Below, piece after piece: positions 9,636 through 21,600 of a stretch of DNA of 64,000 bases. Positions within the stretch are counted from its first letter, which is position 1; the number at the start of each line of letters is the position of its first letter. The notes under the pieces are model-generated. The model was given only the letters and a program-made list of their open reading frames with translations. It was not told the origin of the DNA and did no database searches. The translations under genes and the position numbers were made by a program. This DNA is from a virus (lineage: Duplodnaviria; Caudoviricetes), in the IMG/VR virus record IMGVR_UViG_3300033070_001161, positions 1 through 64,000 of that record; one strand, 5' to 3'.

Positions 9636-12600
9636 TGGCAAAAAAGTACAAATCTAAAAAATTAAAGAAAGCTCAACAGGGTGATACATCACCAATGAAG
9701 TTTGCAGACACGCAAGCAGTCGATCCTGATTCCATGTCAGAGATGATTGATGAAATATCTATATCAAAGCTTCCTAAAATACCTCTTAACCCAAGAGTAA
9801 AAAAGGTAAGTAATGATCTTAGACCCCAAGGAATGTTGAAACCTATAGATTTAAATAGTAAGATTGCAGCTATCGGTGAAGGTAGAGATTTATCTCATCC
9901 TACAGCACTTGCTACCCCTAAGAATAAAAAACCTTTAAACTGGTCAAATATTGCTACCACCACACTTGCTGCTGTAGATATGTTAATTCCTGAAGAACGC
10001 CCGGAATGGCCAGTGGTACAACCTACTAATTCCTATAATCAATATCAATATGGCACTGGTTCTCAGGCAATTGCAAAACATGGTGTTACTATATCCAAAA
10101 CAGGATATAGCAAGAATTCAAAGGATAAGAATAAATCAAAACTCAGAATTCCTTCCAATAACATAACAATGGAGGATGTAGAGTTTCCTATTCTCGGAAA
10201 AGGATCAGATGGCACAACCGTGGTTATGCAACCCGGAGAAAATTATATATTCCCCAATGCTGAATATGTAGACGAAACTCCTGTAATGCAACAAGGGGGT
10301 AATGTAAAAAAACCACAAACAAAAATAGTTTATACAGATTCTAAGTTTGTTAAACTGACTCCCCCTAAAAAGAAACAGCAAGAACCTCTAAAAAAGGAAC
10401 CTATCATAGTTAATGATAAAAATGATCCTAGATTGAAAGCTTATAATGATAGTTTAAATCTTTATAAAGCTTATCAAATGCAGGATAAATTAATGGGAAC
10501 TGGTAAAGGTACTCCCCAAACATTTGATAAAAAGTATAGCTGGACAACAAAGGAGCTACGAGATAGAAGAACACCAAAAAAAGTGAATGGTCTTGATTTA
10601 CCTGTAAGTGTAGATTTCTTAAATGAGCAAGAGCAGTTTTCTGAAGGATTTAATAGTTTATGGGCAAGAAAAGAAGATAAAAAACTTTTAAATTATTATA
10701 AAAGTTTAGGATTTAAACCTAGTCAGATAATGTACCATAGTTCTCCTGATGTAGTTTCAGATAATATAAGACCTATTGGAAATTATTTTGATGGAACAGC
10801 AACAAGTCCTGTTTATAAAAAACCAGTACAACCAGTAATATATCAAGAGGAAAAGAAACTGAAAAAACCTATTCCTGTATATAGTAAAAAAAGTTTATTA
10901 AATTTTGATACAAATGGTAGACCAACTCCTGATGCTCCTCCAGAGTTTCAAATAGCACAGTTTGATAATACCAAACCTACTAAATATTCATTTAGCTATC
11001 CTACAGGAAAGTATAATGAACAAAAAACAGTATATTTTCCAGATGCAGGAAGTTGGAAACAATTTATTGGTAATCAAAAACTTATAAACTCTGATGAAGG
11101 AAAAGATTATGGAACAGCTACAGGTTATATGCAAAAAGGAGGAAAAATGACAGCAAATAAAGGATTAAGTATAGAAGATAATAAATTCACACCTATCTCA
11201 GATAAGACATTAATGATTAATGGGAATAGTCATGATGATGGCGGTACTTTTGTACAATATGGCGATAAGGTGGTAGAAGCCGAAAAAGGCGAACCTCTTT
11301 CTATAAATATGAAAGGGGAGGCTGTAATATTTGGAAATATGAAGAACCCTATCACTGGTAACAAATTTAAAAAAGATGCTGAAATGATAGCAAAAAAAGA
11401 AAAGAAAGTAGGAAAATTGATGGATTATTCGACATCAATTGTAAATAATGTTGATCCATTCGACAAATGGGGTTCTTTAAAATTCAATGCTGCTAAGATG
11501 ATGATGATGGGAGCAAAGAAAAAAGAAAAAGAATTAATGGTAGCTAAAGAACATCTCGGTGATGTACAGGATGCTCTCCTTTCTATTAAAGAAGAGGAGT
11601 CTATAGCTAGGAATGGCAAGATAGTTAAGGCTCAGGATGGGTGGTCTACATTAGAAGCAAGGCGACATAGAGCAAAATCTAAACAAAAACCTATTTTTGA
11701 TTTCTATACCACCGATGCAAAAAAACTTGATCCTGATAAATTTCTGTCTGCTATTTATTCAAATGAAGGTGGTGAAACAGGAGTAAATCCTCCAATTAAA
11801 GGAAATGCATCTGGTAAATATGCATTAATGCCCGCTACTCAACAGGATATGTATAATAAATATTATAAATCCAAAATGAGTTGGGACGCATTCAAAAAGA
11901 GTTATGATACAGATGCTACATTTGAATATGAAGTAGCTAAAGCATTAGCCACTGAAAAAATAAATCAATATAAAACAGCAGCAGAGGCAATTGGTAGTTG
12001 GTACAATCCTAAATCAGTAAAAGATAAAAAGTGGGATGAGGTTCCTTTTCCTGAATATGGAAATAAAATATCAATTAGGCAGTATGTAGATAAAGCTGCT
12101 AATAATTATTTCAGTGGTAAAAATTCTGCTAGTCCGACTAGTATATATAAATCGGAGCCAGCTAAAGTAAGTAAATCAGAGATAATACCCACTGATCTTC
12201 AAGATGTACAATTTTCAAAATTTCAACAATCTCCTATAAAATCTGAAAATAATAGGCAAGTCGGTGATTATCAATATAACTGGAATTTAGAAACCCCTAA
12301 AGATATTCCTGTTGAGTCAGATGCTAAAGGTCTTGATTTTCAACAAGTTATGGGTGAAGTGTATGCAGGTGCTACAAATAGAGAAGAACCTGTATGGCTT
12401 CAGCAATATAATCCAGAGTTATTCCAAGACTATGAAATGAGTCTTCAAGATAGGCGTAATAGAGTTACTTCACAAGGAAGAGCTTCCCGTCAATATTTAT
12501 CAGATAATGCAGGTGCTCAAGCTGTATTAGCTGCTGAAGAACATAACGCAATTGGAGGTATAGATGCTGAAGAATTTAGAATTAATCAACATATATCAAG

Positions 12601-13075
12601 TGATATTGTAAATAAAAATAAACTTCTATTAAACGAAGCTCAAGGTAAAAACTTACAACTTGCTGATCAACAATACGTTAGACAATCTACAGCAAGAAGT
12701 AAAACTAAAGCTACAAATCAAGCGATATTAAATTCCATATCTTCTAAGATTCTTCAGAATAAACTTGAAAATTCAACTCTTCAGGTATATGAAAACTTAT
12801 ACCCTCACTTTAGGTATAACGATCAATATCAACTGAAAAAAGAAGGTAATCCCGGTCAGGACTATCTCAATACTGCTGGTCTTCAACCATTATCTACTAA
12901 TACCAATACAGCAGTAAAAACTAAAAGAGACGCTTCTGGTACAGTGGTATCTACAGAAGAAAACAATCCCGGATGGCTTAAAACCCAAAAGGATATGGAG
13001 GAACTTACCAGATATAAAAACAGATCAATTTCACAAATTTTAAATTCCAAGAAAGCTAATCTCTGGGAAAAATAA
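9635..13075 (+). CDS. Cargo (ejected) protein 1 with lysozyme-like domain
   Basis: GNSHDDGG motif, Gln/Asn-rich helical C-terminus, internal SNEG...SGKYALMPAT lysozyme-like segment; follows the muzzle gene. Confidence 0.6.
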   Translation: MAKKYKSKKLKKAQQGDTSPMKFADTQAVDPDSMSEMIDEISISKLPKIPLNPRVKKVSNDLRPQGMLKPIDLNSKIAAIGEGRDLSHPTALATPKNKKPLNWSNIATTTLAAVDMLIPEERPEWPVVQPTNSYNQYQYGTGSQAIAKHGVTISKTGYSKNSKDKNKSKLRIPSNNITMEDVEFPILGKGSDGTTVVMQPGENYIFPNAEYVDETPVMQQGGNVKKPQTKIVYTDSKFVKLTPPKKKQQEPLKKEPIIVNDKNDPRLKAYNDSLNLYKAYQMQDKLMGTGKGTPQTFDKKYSWTTKELRDRRTPKKVNGLDLPVSVDFLNEQEQFSEGFNSLWARKEDKKLLNYYKSLGFKPSQIMYHSSPDVVSDNIRPIGNYFDGTATSPVYKKPVQPVIYQEEKKLKKPIPVYSKKSLLNFDTNGRPTPDAPPEFQIAQFDNTKPTKYSFSYPTGKYNEQKTVYFPDAGSWKQFIGNQKLINSDEGKDYGTATGYMQKGGKMTANKGLSIEDNKFTPISDKTLMINGNSHDDGGTFVQYGDKVVEAEKGEPLSINMKGEAVIFGNMKNPITGNKFKKDAEMIAKKEKKVGKLMDYSTSIVNNVDPFDKWGSLKFNAAKMMMMGAKKKEKELMVAKEHLGDVQDALLSIKEEESIARNGKIVKAQDGWSTLEARRHRAKSKQKPIFDFYTTDAKKLDPDKFLSAIYSNEGGETGVNPPIKGNASGKYALMPATQQDMYNKYYKSKMSWDAFKKSYDTDATFEYEVAKALATEKINQYKTAAEAIGSWYNPKSVKDKKWDEVPFPEYGNKISIRQYVDKAANNYFSGKNSASPTSIYKSEPAKVSKSEIIPTDLQDVQFSKFQQSPIKSENNRQVGDYQYNWNLETPKDIPVESDAKGLDFQQVMGEVYAGATNREEPVWLQQYNPELFQDYEMSLQDRRNRVTSQGRASRQYLSDNAGAQAVLAAEEHNAIGGIDAEEFRINQHISSDIVNKNKLLLNEAQGKNLQLADQQYVRQSTARSKTKATNQAILNSISSKILQNKLENSTLQVYENLYPHFRYNDQYQLKKEGNPGQDYLNTAGLQPLSTNTNTAVKTKRDASGTVVSTEENNPGWLKTQKDMEELTRYKNRSISQILNSKKANLWEK

Positions 13076-13076
13076 A

Positions 13077-13109
13077 TTTGGAAATCTCATAATCATTCCA
13101 TAAATTTGC
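13077..13109 (+). promoter_or_regulatory. Bacteroidota-type promoter
   Basis: TTTG (13077-13080), N20, TAAATTTGC (13101-13109). Confidence 0.7.
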
Positions 13110-13128
13110 AACACTCAAAATATTAATA

Positions 13129-15630
13129 ATGAGTTCATTTACAGACGAAATACCTCAATTTACACCCTACATTCAACAACAACCTATACATGATATGGCA
13201 AGGGTTGGTATGCAGAGAGAAGCTGAATTTGAAAAGGGTATCCAAACAGTTCAAGGATACTATGATGCATTGTTAAATCTCCCTATAGCTAAAGGTGTCA
13301 CTCAGGAATATGTAAAATCCAAAGTGGGACAACTGAACAATGCTGTAAAACAGAGTGTTTCTGGAGATTTCTCAGATCATAGACTTATTAATCAGATAGG
13401 AGGACTTGCTTCACAAATATCCAGTGACCCTATTGTAGAAAATGGAATACAGTCTACTGCCAGAATTCAAGCAGGTATGACAAAAATGAAAGCTGATCAA
13501 GAAAGAGCTTTAAAAGAAGGTAAAAATCTCATACAGAACATAGAGTGGTTTAATAATAAAGTGAATGAGTTTCTTGGAGATAATGATGTAAAGACTTCAT
13601 TTTCAACAGATTATACACCATATGTAGATAAGCAAGAAAGATTTCAGAAAATATTGAAAGATGCACATCCTGATGCTATTCTTACACAAGGAGATATGAA
13701 TGCTCTTTCAAGGATACAAAATGGAGAATCTGTACCTAATGAAATTCTTCAAGAATTATCCAAAAAAGGCATAGATGCTGCCAAAATACAAAATATTATT
13801 AATTTAGTAGAGGCGCAACCTGACGTTCAACAACAAAACAGAATAGATGGTTGGTATAGGTTTAGAGGATTGGATGCTAATCAAATGGGTGATTATCTTA
13901 CAAAATCTACAAATTCATACATTAAAATGTATGAAGATGCAATCACCAATCTTGCTTTACAAAAAGCAACAGATGCATCTGTAAATCCTGCTGATATTGA
14001 TAAATCTATAAAGCTCTATAAAGAGCAATATACAAAACTTGTAGAAAAATATAATGCTACAATTGGTAAATTAGGAAAAGACCCGGAAGGTGTAAAAGCT
14101 GATCTGGTTGCTGAAGAATTTGCAAATGATATTATAGGTGCTTTTTCTTATAGTGAAACAGAATCCAAATGGATAGAAAATCCTCTTTGGAATCAAATGG
14201 ATAAAGAAAGAAAATACCAACTTGATTTATACAAACAGAAATATCAGGAAGAAAAAGATAAAAAAGAAAAAGTAAAAGAATCCACTGATCCGATTGCTGT
14301 AGAAGGATATGTGAATGAAGAACAAGGTAAATTAGGTGAAGGTAGTATGCTGGATATGCAAAATCAAGCACAATCCAGATATAATAATTTACATAGCTTT
14401 TACGCAAATGCGGTGGCTAGATCATCTCGAATGAAAGAGCCATTCAAAGAGGTAAATGGTCAATGGGTATATAATGTTGGATCAGGGGGGTATGAAAGTG
14501 AAAAAGAAGCAATGGATGCAGTATCTAAAGTGATGCAGACTATAGAGCAGGCAAAAACTACAGGTATTCCACAAGGCCCAACTGCTGATTATATTAAAAA
14601 TGTTCTTCCTGCTGCTGATGAACTTGACCAGATTAACCAAACAGTTATTTCTATAAATAACAAGTTTAAACCTCAAATAGATAAAATAATTGAAAAAATT
14701 GGAGATGAAGACTTGGCTGCATACTATATTGTAAAAAATCAATTACCGGGATGGCAATCCTATGAAAGAAAATTACAAGTAAAGTATAATGTTAATGACT
14801 ATTCATATTTTCATAAAATGGGATTAAACACCCCAGAAGGAGCAGAAAGGTATGCAAAAGCATATAGAGCTGTTAATCCTGATGTTGTATCTACATTACA
14901 AGCAAAAGAAAAAGCATTTAAAGATGTACAATCTACATTTATAAATAAGTCATTCTCTCTCCCTTCTAATGAACCTAAATTAGCTAAACAAAACGCTACA
15001 TTATTTTCTACAATTTTAGGTGTTTATACAGACGCTTCTCAATCAGCCGGAGATAAAACAGATTATGCGAAATTACAAGCATGGCTTGCTGATAAAGATG
15101 TTGATAAAAATCAATACGAATTCAGATACGATAATAATAAAAAACAAGGATATATAGGTATTCGTAGAGGTGATGAGTTCAGAGAAGTAAGTATTAAAGA
15201 TAGTCATTATATGACTATTCCCGGAGCGAATATAAATAATGAATTTTGGAGTAGGTATGGAAATAGATTACAGGTGAGTGGTGATAAAACAACAGGAACA
15301 TTTGACTTTTCTAAACCTGAAACTACTGATGTGCGGGAAACAGGTATATCGTCTGCGATTCCTGTAAAATCCAGAACAGTTAATAATAAATATATAGTGA
15401 AACATCATCTGGAAAAAAGTATGGATGATAAATACTATATAAAAGTGTGGATACAGGAAAAGACACCAACAGGTTTAAAACTTGTAACTTCTCCTGAAGG
15501 ACAGTATTTTGATCCAATTGGTGAGGGTAGCTATAATAGAGCGCAAATTTTGAAAACAATAGATGATGTTTTATCAGATGACCAATCTGTATTAGGATAT
15601 TTAAAACAATTAAATCCGAATTATAAGTAA
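13129..15630 (+). CDS. Cargo (ejected) protein 2
   Basis: 833 aa, helical, no Cys seen; lies between cargo 1 and the vRNAP as in crassviruses. Confidence 0.55.
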   Translation: MSSFTDEIPQFTPYIQQQPIHDMARVGMQREAEFEKGIQTVQGYYDALLNLPIAKGVTQEYVKSKVGQLNNAVKQSVSGDFSDHRLINQIGGLASQISSDPIVENGIQSTARIQAGMTKMKADQERALKEGKNLIQNIEWFNNKVNEFLGDNDVKTSFSTDYTPYVDKQERFQKILKDAHPDAILTQGDMNALSRIQNGESVPNEILQELSKKGIDAAKIQNIINLVEAQPDVQQQNRIDGWYRFRGLDANQMGDYLTKSTNSYIKMYEDAITNLALQKATDASVNPADIDKSIKLYKEQYTKLVEKYNATIGKLGKDPEGVKADLVAEEFANDIIGAFSYSETESKWIENPLWNQMDKERKYQLDLYKQKYQEEKDKKEKVKESTDPIAVEGYVNEEQGKLGEGSMLDMQNQAQSRYNNLHSFYANAVARSSRMKEPFKEVNGQWVYNVGSGGYESEKEAMDAVSKVMQTIEQAKTTGIPQGPTADYIKNVLPAADELDQINQTVISINNKFKPQIDKIIEKIGDEDLAAYYIVKNQLPGWQSYERKLQVKYNVNDYSYFHKMGLNTPEGAERYAKAYRAVNPDVVSTLQAKEKAFKDVQSTFINKSFSLPSNEPKLAKQNATLFSTILGVYTDASQSAGDKTDYAKLQAWLADKDVDKNQYEFRYDNNKKQGYIGIRRGDEFREVSIKDSHYMTIPGANINNEFWSRYGNRLQVSGDKTTGTFDFSKPETTDVRETGISSAIPVKSRTVNNKYIVKHHLEKSMDDKYYIKVWIQEKTPTGLKLVTSPEGQYFDPIGEGSYNRAQILKTIDDVLSDDQSVLGYLKQLNPNYK

Positions 15631-18600
15631 TGCCTGAAGATCAATTACCAAATATAAATAGTCCCTTAGAGGACAAATTGGCAAGTATACAGAACGATTG
15701 GACAAAATCACAATTTTCTGGAAATGGAAACTCTAAAGGAGGCGATCCTACATCAACTCTTTTGAAAAAAATGAACGGTGTAATGTCTGCTAAAGAGTCA
15801 TATAGTACTCCAGACATTGTATCTCCAAATATAATAGATGTATCAGGACGATATCCTAAACAATTAGTAGGTTGGGATAATGAAGACCTTTATGGTGATG
15901 CTCAATCTGGATGGAGCCAAGCATGGAGAGGTATTGTAAAAGGTGTAGCTCTTGCAGGAACTACCTTCTTACAAGGTACTTTAGGATTGGTATATGGATT
16001 AGGTGCAGCAGCCGGAACACTTGAATTGAATAAATTGTTTAATAATGATTTTTCAAATGCTATAGATGATTTCAATAAAATGCTTGAAAATCAATATTTA
16101 CAGAATTATTACACCAAAAGAGAAAGAGATGCTAAATGGTATGAACCAGCTAACCTTTTTTCTACAAACTTTATTTTTGATAAATTTGTAAAAAATCTTG
16201 GATTTTCTATAGGTGCTATATATTCAGGTGCTGCCGTAGCAAAAGCCCTTAGAATGATTCCTGCTATAAGTTCATTATTTACAGGCGAAAAAGCTGCTGC
16301 TACATTAGCTCAAATAGAAAGTAAATTGTCTACTGTTCCTGCATTACAGAGAACAGATGAAATGTATAATATGCTTATCAAAGCATCTGACGCTGCTACA
16401 AAAGCTGCTAAATTTGGATCAGGCGTAGAAAGAACAGTAATAGGTACATTAGGTGCTGTAACAGAAGGTGGTATAGAAGCCCTTCAAGGACTTAATGAAT
16501 ATAGAAATTCTTTAATAGATAACTATATAGCTACCAATGGTGTAGCTCCGGTGGGAGACGAACTTGATAAAATCAATGATTTATCCAGTAGTTTAGGTAA
16601 TAGTAGATTTCTTCTTAATATTGGATTATTGTCTGCTACCAACTATATAATGCTTCCTAAAATATTAGGATCATCTTATAAAACTTCTAAATCTCTTGCA
16701 AATAAAGAGATAAATAATATTGTAAAAAATCAAGAAGGTAAATGGGTAAGTGCATTATCTCAAGCTCCAAGAGTTGAAAAATTTATTAGAAAATCTACAA
16801 ATGTTGCAGAACTCTTTTTCTCTCCTACAGAAGGATTTGAAGAACTTTCTCAATATGCAATTGAGCGTGGTGTAAATGATTATTACTCAAAGGCTTATAA
16901 AGGTGAAGGTAGAAGTTTTGCAAACTCTATGCTTGCAGGATACGACCAAGCTATAAACAGTAATGAAGGAATGGAACAGTTCCTGATTGGTGCTTTATCT
17001 GGTGGTATGCAACAAGCAGGAATTGTAGGTACATATCAAAATGAAAAAGGACAAACTAAGGTAGGTATTGGTAAATCAGGTAATATAGGTGAGCGTGGTA
17101 TTACAGGAACAGGTGGAGAACGTGGTAGAAACACAACATCATTTCTTGCTCAAATGAATGATCCTAAAAATCAGATGAGATTTAAATCTGATACTTGGGT
17201 GAAAGACATGGTAGATGCTACGGCAAGGGGTATAAATCTTCAAAAAGAAGGTGAAGCTTTTATTCGCCAAGGTGATGTTCTTGAAGCAAAAGATAACGAA
17301 GCAGATTATATGCATAACTATCTTGCTGTTCGTATTAAACACGGTAGATATGATTTAGTGCAGGATGATATAGAGAACTTCAGACAACAAGCAGCTTCTC
17401 CTGAAGGGCTTAATATGCTGAAACAACAAGGATATGCTAATGAGAATGACACTCAACAAACATTCCTTGCTCGTGTTAATAACTTTGAAAAACATGCTAA
17501 AAACATAGATTCTCTGTATCAATCACTTAATATGGTGTATGGTGCAAAGATTAACCAAGACGGACAGCGTGTATATTCAGATGAGGTAATTGATAAAATG
17601 GTGTATGTTGGCTCAAAAATAGCCGACTATGAACAACGTATTCCTGAATTATCTCAGCAACTGCTTAGTAATCAAATAGTTCTGGGCGATACATTAAGTA
17701 ATATCTATAAAAATGGAGTTCCTTCTGCCGATGCTGTAAAAGATGCTATTAAACAGATAGACGATCTTAGTGTAATTGATAGTAAGAAAGATGAACTGAA
17801 GCAATCCCTCCGTGATGTAATTGAATTAACAGGTAGAAGGAAAGAGTTTCTTGATGAATTCAAAAAACTTAAAACCTCTCCTGAGTCTTTTACTACAGTA
17901 ACAGAACCCACTACTACCACCGCTACCACTGACAAAAAGAAGATTAAACTCAAGACAAAAGATGGTGAAGAAGAGCTGGAAGTAGGCACTGAATATTTTG
18001 CAGGTTCCCAAGTTATAGAATCTAAAGAAGGTGTAGTATATGAAAAGTTCCCAAGATTTACAATAATAGGCGAGAATGAAGACGGTTCTGTTAAAATAAA
18101 AACATCAAATGGCGATATTTTAGATGTAAAGAAAGATGCATTTTCTAAATATAAATTTGGTAAAGTTTCAGATACTGAAAAACATCCAAATGCAATGTTT
18201 TACGTTGAAGCTTCTGATACTATATTTACATTTAATATGGGGAAAAAGGATAAAAACCCAAGAGGTAGATTGTCCTATGATCCTAAAACAGATAAATTAT
18301 ATTTTATAACATTAGATGGTAAAAAGACAATTGCTGTAACAAGGGATCAATTTTCACCTAAAAAAGGATATAGTATTGCTCAAATTTATTCTTCTGATAA
18401 ACTAACACCTAAAGCAGAAGAGGCTTTAAAGCAAGAAGTTAATTTATCTGAAATACAAGAAAAGCGTGAGGCTAGACTTAAAATCATCTCTGAACTCAGA
18501 GAAGCTGCTTATGATAGACTTGATAAATTAACAGATAAGATTTCTCAAAAGAAAGAACAACTTGAAGGAGTTGAGAAAAACCTTAAAGAACTCGAAGAAA

Positions 18601-21600
18601 AGCTTCAAAAAGATGACAATTTCCGTAAAAATGGAAAAGGATTCAAAAAAGCTGGTAAAGAGGTAATCCGTCAGTTGAATATTCTGAGTGGAATGAGAAC
18701 CCTTTTGAGTAGAGAAATAGAAGAACTTACTGCTGAACAGGAGGAAGTTGAATTTAACATATCCTATTTTGAGGATATGGGTCAGAATATTGATGAACTT
18801 CCTACAGATAGCAAAGACTTCATAGAAGAACTTAATAATCAAGTGCTTGATCTTCAGATACTTTATGAAGAAACAGGCAAACAAATCAATTACTTATCAG
18901 GCGTATTAAGTAAGGTGGAAGATGCGTTGAAAACAGCAGTTGATTTTGCTCTCAATCTTATTCAAAAATTTGAGAAAAAATATCCCGGATTACCCATAGC
19001 ACCTGAAGCCCTTAGAAGTTTCTTAAATAAAGACTTGGAATTTAAAGGAACATGGCCTGATTATCAATCATATCTTACTGCCAATCCTAATCTTCTTTCT
19101 GATCTCAGGGAGTTTGATAGGGAACTTGCAGATATTGATGATCTGGATGTTATTCCTAATGAGCGTTCAGTAAAAGAACTTCAAGATAATATTGCTGATC
19201 TTAATAAACAACTTGCACAATATGAAAAGGAAATAAAAGCAAAGTCTGCAATTCTTGATAAATTTGAGGATATTGCAAAAGAATATAAACGCAAGGAAGA
19301 AGCTAAGCGTCAATATGAAAAAGATAAAGCTCTTCACGATGCTTTGTTCAAAGCACAATCTCAATTATCTGAGCAACCTTCAGATGATAGTACAGATGAT
19401 GAGCTTGCTAAAATAGAAACAAAAGATAAAGAGGCTTCTAAAAAGAAAGACCTTTCTATCTATCCTATTTCTACAATAGCACCATCAAGGGAAACTGATC
19501 CTGAATTTGAGAATAAACCTCATCTTTTAAGAGAGGAGAAATTTTTAAATAATTATGCTGCTGGTCTTCTTAAAGATGAAAATGGTAATGATATTACCCC
19601 TGATTTAAGAGTGCTTGTTATACATAGAAATAATCAAGCAAAATATGGACTTGACGGACTTGTAGAATTACGTAATCCCAAACAAGCCGATGAATCAGAA
19701 GAAGCATACGATAAAAGACTTACAAATGCTGAAAGTGGAACAATTCTTTATTTATACATAAAGAAAGGGGAAGGAGAATGGGAAGTAATAGATGAAAATG
19801 GTAAGAAAATAGGAAGCTTTGATAATGAGTTTAATCCTTCAGGAATTGATATAAATAAGGTGGTAACATCTACAGCTCCAGCAGCTAAAATATCACTTAA
19901 AGCAGGATCATTTACTAATAAAGATAACCTTAATTTAGCTGAAGTTGAAAAAGCTTGGCTTGAAAAAAGAAAACAATTATTAGAAGAGGGTGATTTACTC
20001 ACTGTATCAGGAGTATCTCGTGGTGTAAAACAAGTAACAAGTACATCCGATAAGAATCCTATTACCCCTACTCTTACAGATTCAAAAACAGTTGATAAAC
20101 AGCAAGTTATATTTGTATCTACTTCGGATGTAATTAATACGCCTAATGATACTATTTATTATAAAGCAGGTAGACCTTATTTCCAAATAGGAGATAATGT
20201 TATTCTTTTAAATAATAGAAATATTAATGAAAAAGAAGCAGATGCTATATTCTTAGTATTAAAAGAAGTAGCTACTAAATTCCAAGAATCAATCAAAGCA
20301 AATCGTCCTAATCTGGATAAGCAATTAGTTGATTGGTTAAATTCTATAATCTATTGGTATAGCCCATCTGAGAAAAATCCTACAGCACATAATCATCAGA
20401 TTTATGTAAAATCTGGTAAATTATTCATATCCGGCGTAGACACTGGTATATATTTTAATCCTGATAGCTTAGATGCTAATAGGAAACCTATTATCGAAAC
20501 ATTCCTTAAAGGAAATACCGCAGGACGGGGTACATATCACCATGTATCTCATAAAAACTTATCTTCAGATCAACCCTATATTGAGTACTACACTGAAGAT
20601 GGTAAAACCTTAAAAACCAGAGAGCATAAATCATATCAGCATTATCTCATTGCTAATAACGTAGTGTCTACAAACGTAAGACCTCAAATGAGCGATACGG
20701 ATAGCAACATTCGTGGTAGATATGCTATCACTGATATGGAACTCTCTCTTCCTAAAGAGGATGTTAAACCTCCCAAAGTTGAAAAAAAGGAAGAAGTAGT
20801 ACAATCCTCTGGAAAACCTGATAAACTTGCCGAAGCATTAGCTGTGCTTGCTGCAAATAAAGCTAAAAGACAAGCTAAAAAAGAAGGTGCTGCTGCTGAA
20901 GAAAAAGAAGAAAAATCAATAGTTCCATCTAAAGCCAATAGATTGAAATCTACAGATACAGTGTCTGTAAGTATAAAAGCTGCCGATCTTCTTGCAAAAT
21001 TAAATGGTAAGGGATTTGTAGGAACTGATAGTAATGATGAAGAATATAGAAGAGTTGTAGAAAAAAGTATAGATAATGTAAAAAAAGAAGATATTGCTGC
21101 TGTAAAAGCGTGGTTTGCTAAAAATCTTCCAAATGTACCTCTCAATATTGTAGAACATATCCTCAAAACTACAGATGGTGGTTTTGCTTGGGGTAAGTTT
21201 TCAAGTGTGGGTGTTACAATGTATGAAAAAGCAAAAGAGGGTACAGGATACCATGAAGCATTTGAAGCAGTATGGAAAATGTTTATACCTGTTGAAGATA
21301 AGCAGAAGATAGTATCTGAAATGAGACGCAGAAAAGGCTCATTCTATGATGCTATCACTGGTCAAAATACGGAATATAAATCAGCTACAGATACACAATT
21401 AAAGGAAAAACTGGCAGATGAATTTGCAGAATATGTGCAAACAAACGGTGCTATTTCTGAAAAAATAAAAGGTCAACCTTGGATAATCAGAATATTCAGG
21501 GCTTTAAAAGAACTTTTTGAAAAACTTGTTTCTCCACAAAACAATATAGATCAATTATTTAGGAATATAAATAGTGGTCAGTATGCTACAAAACCAGTTA

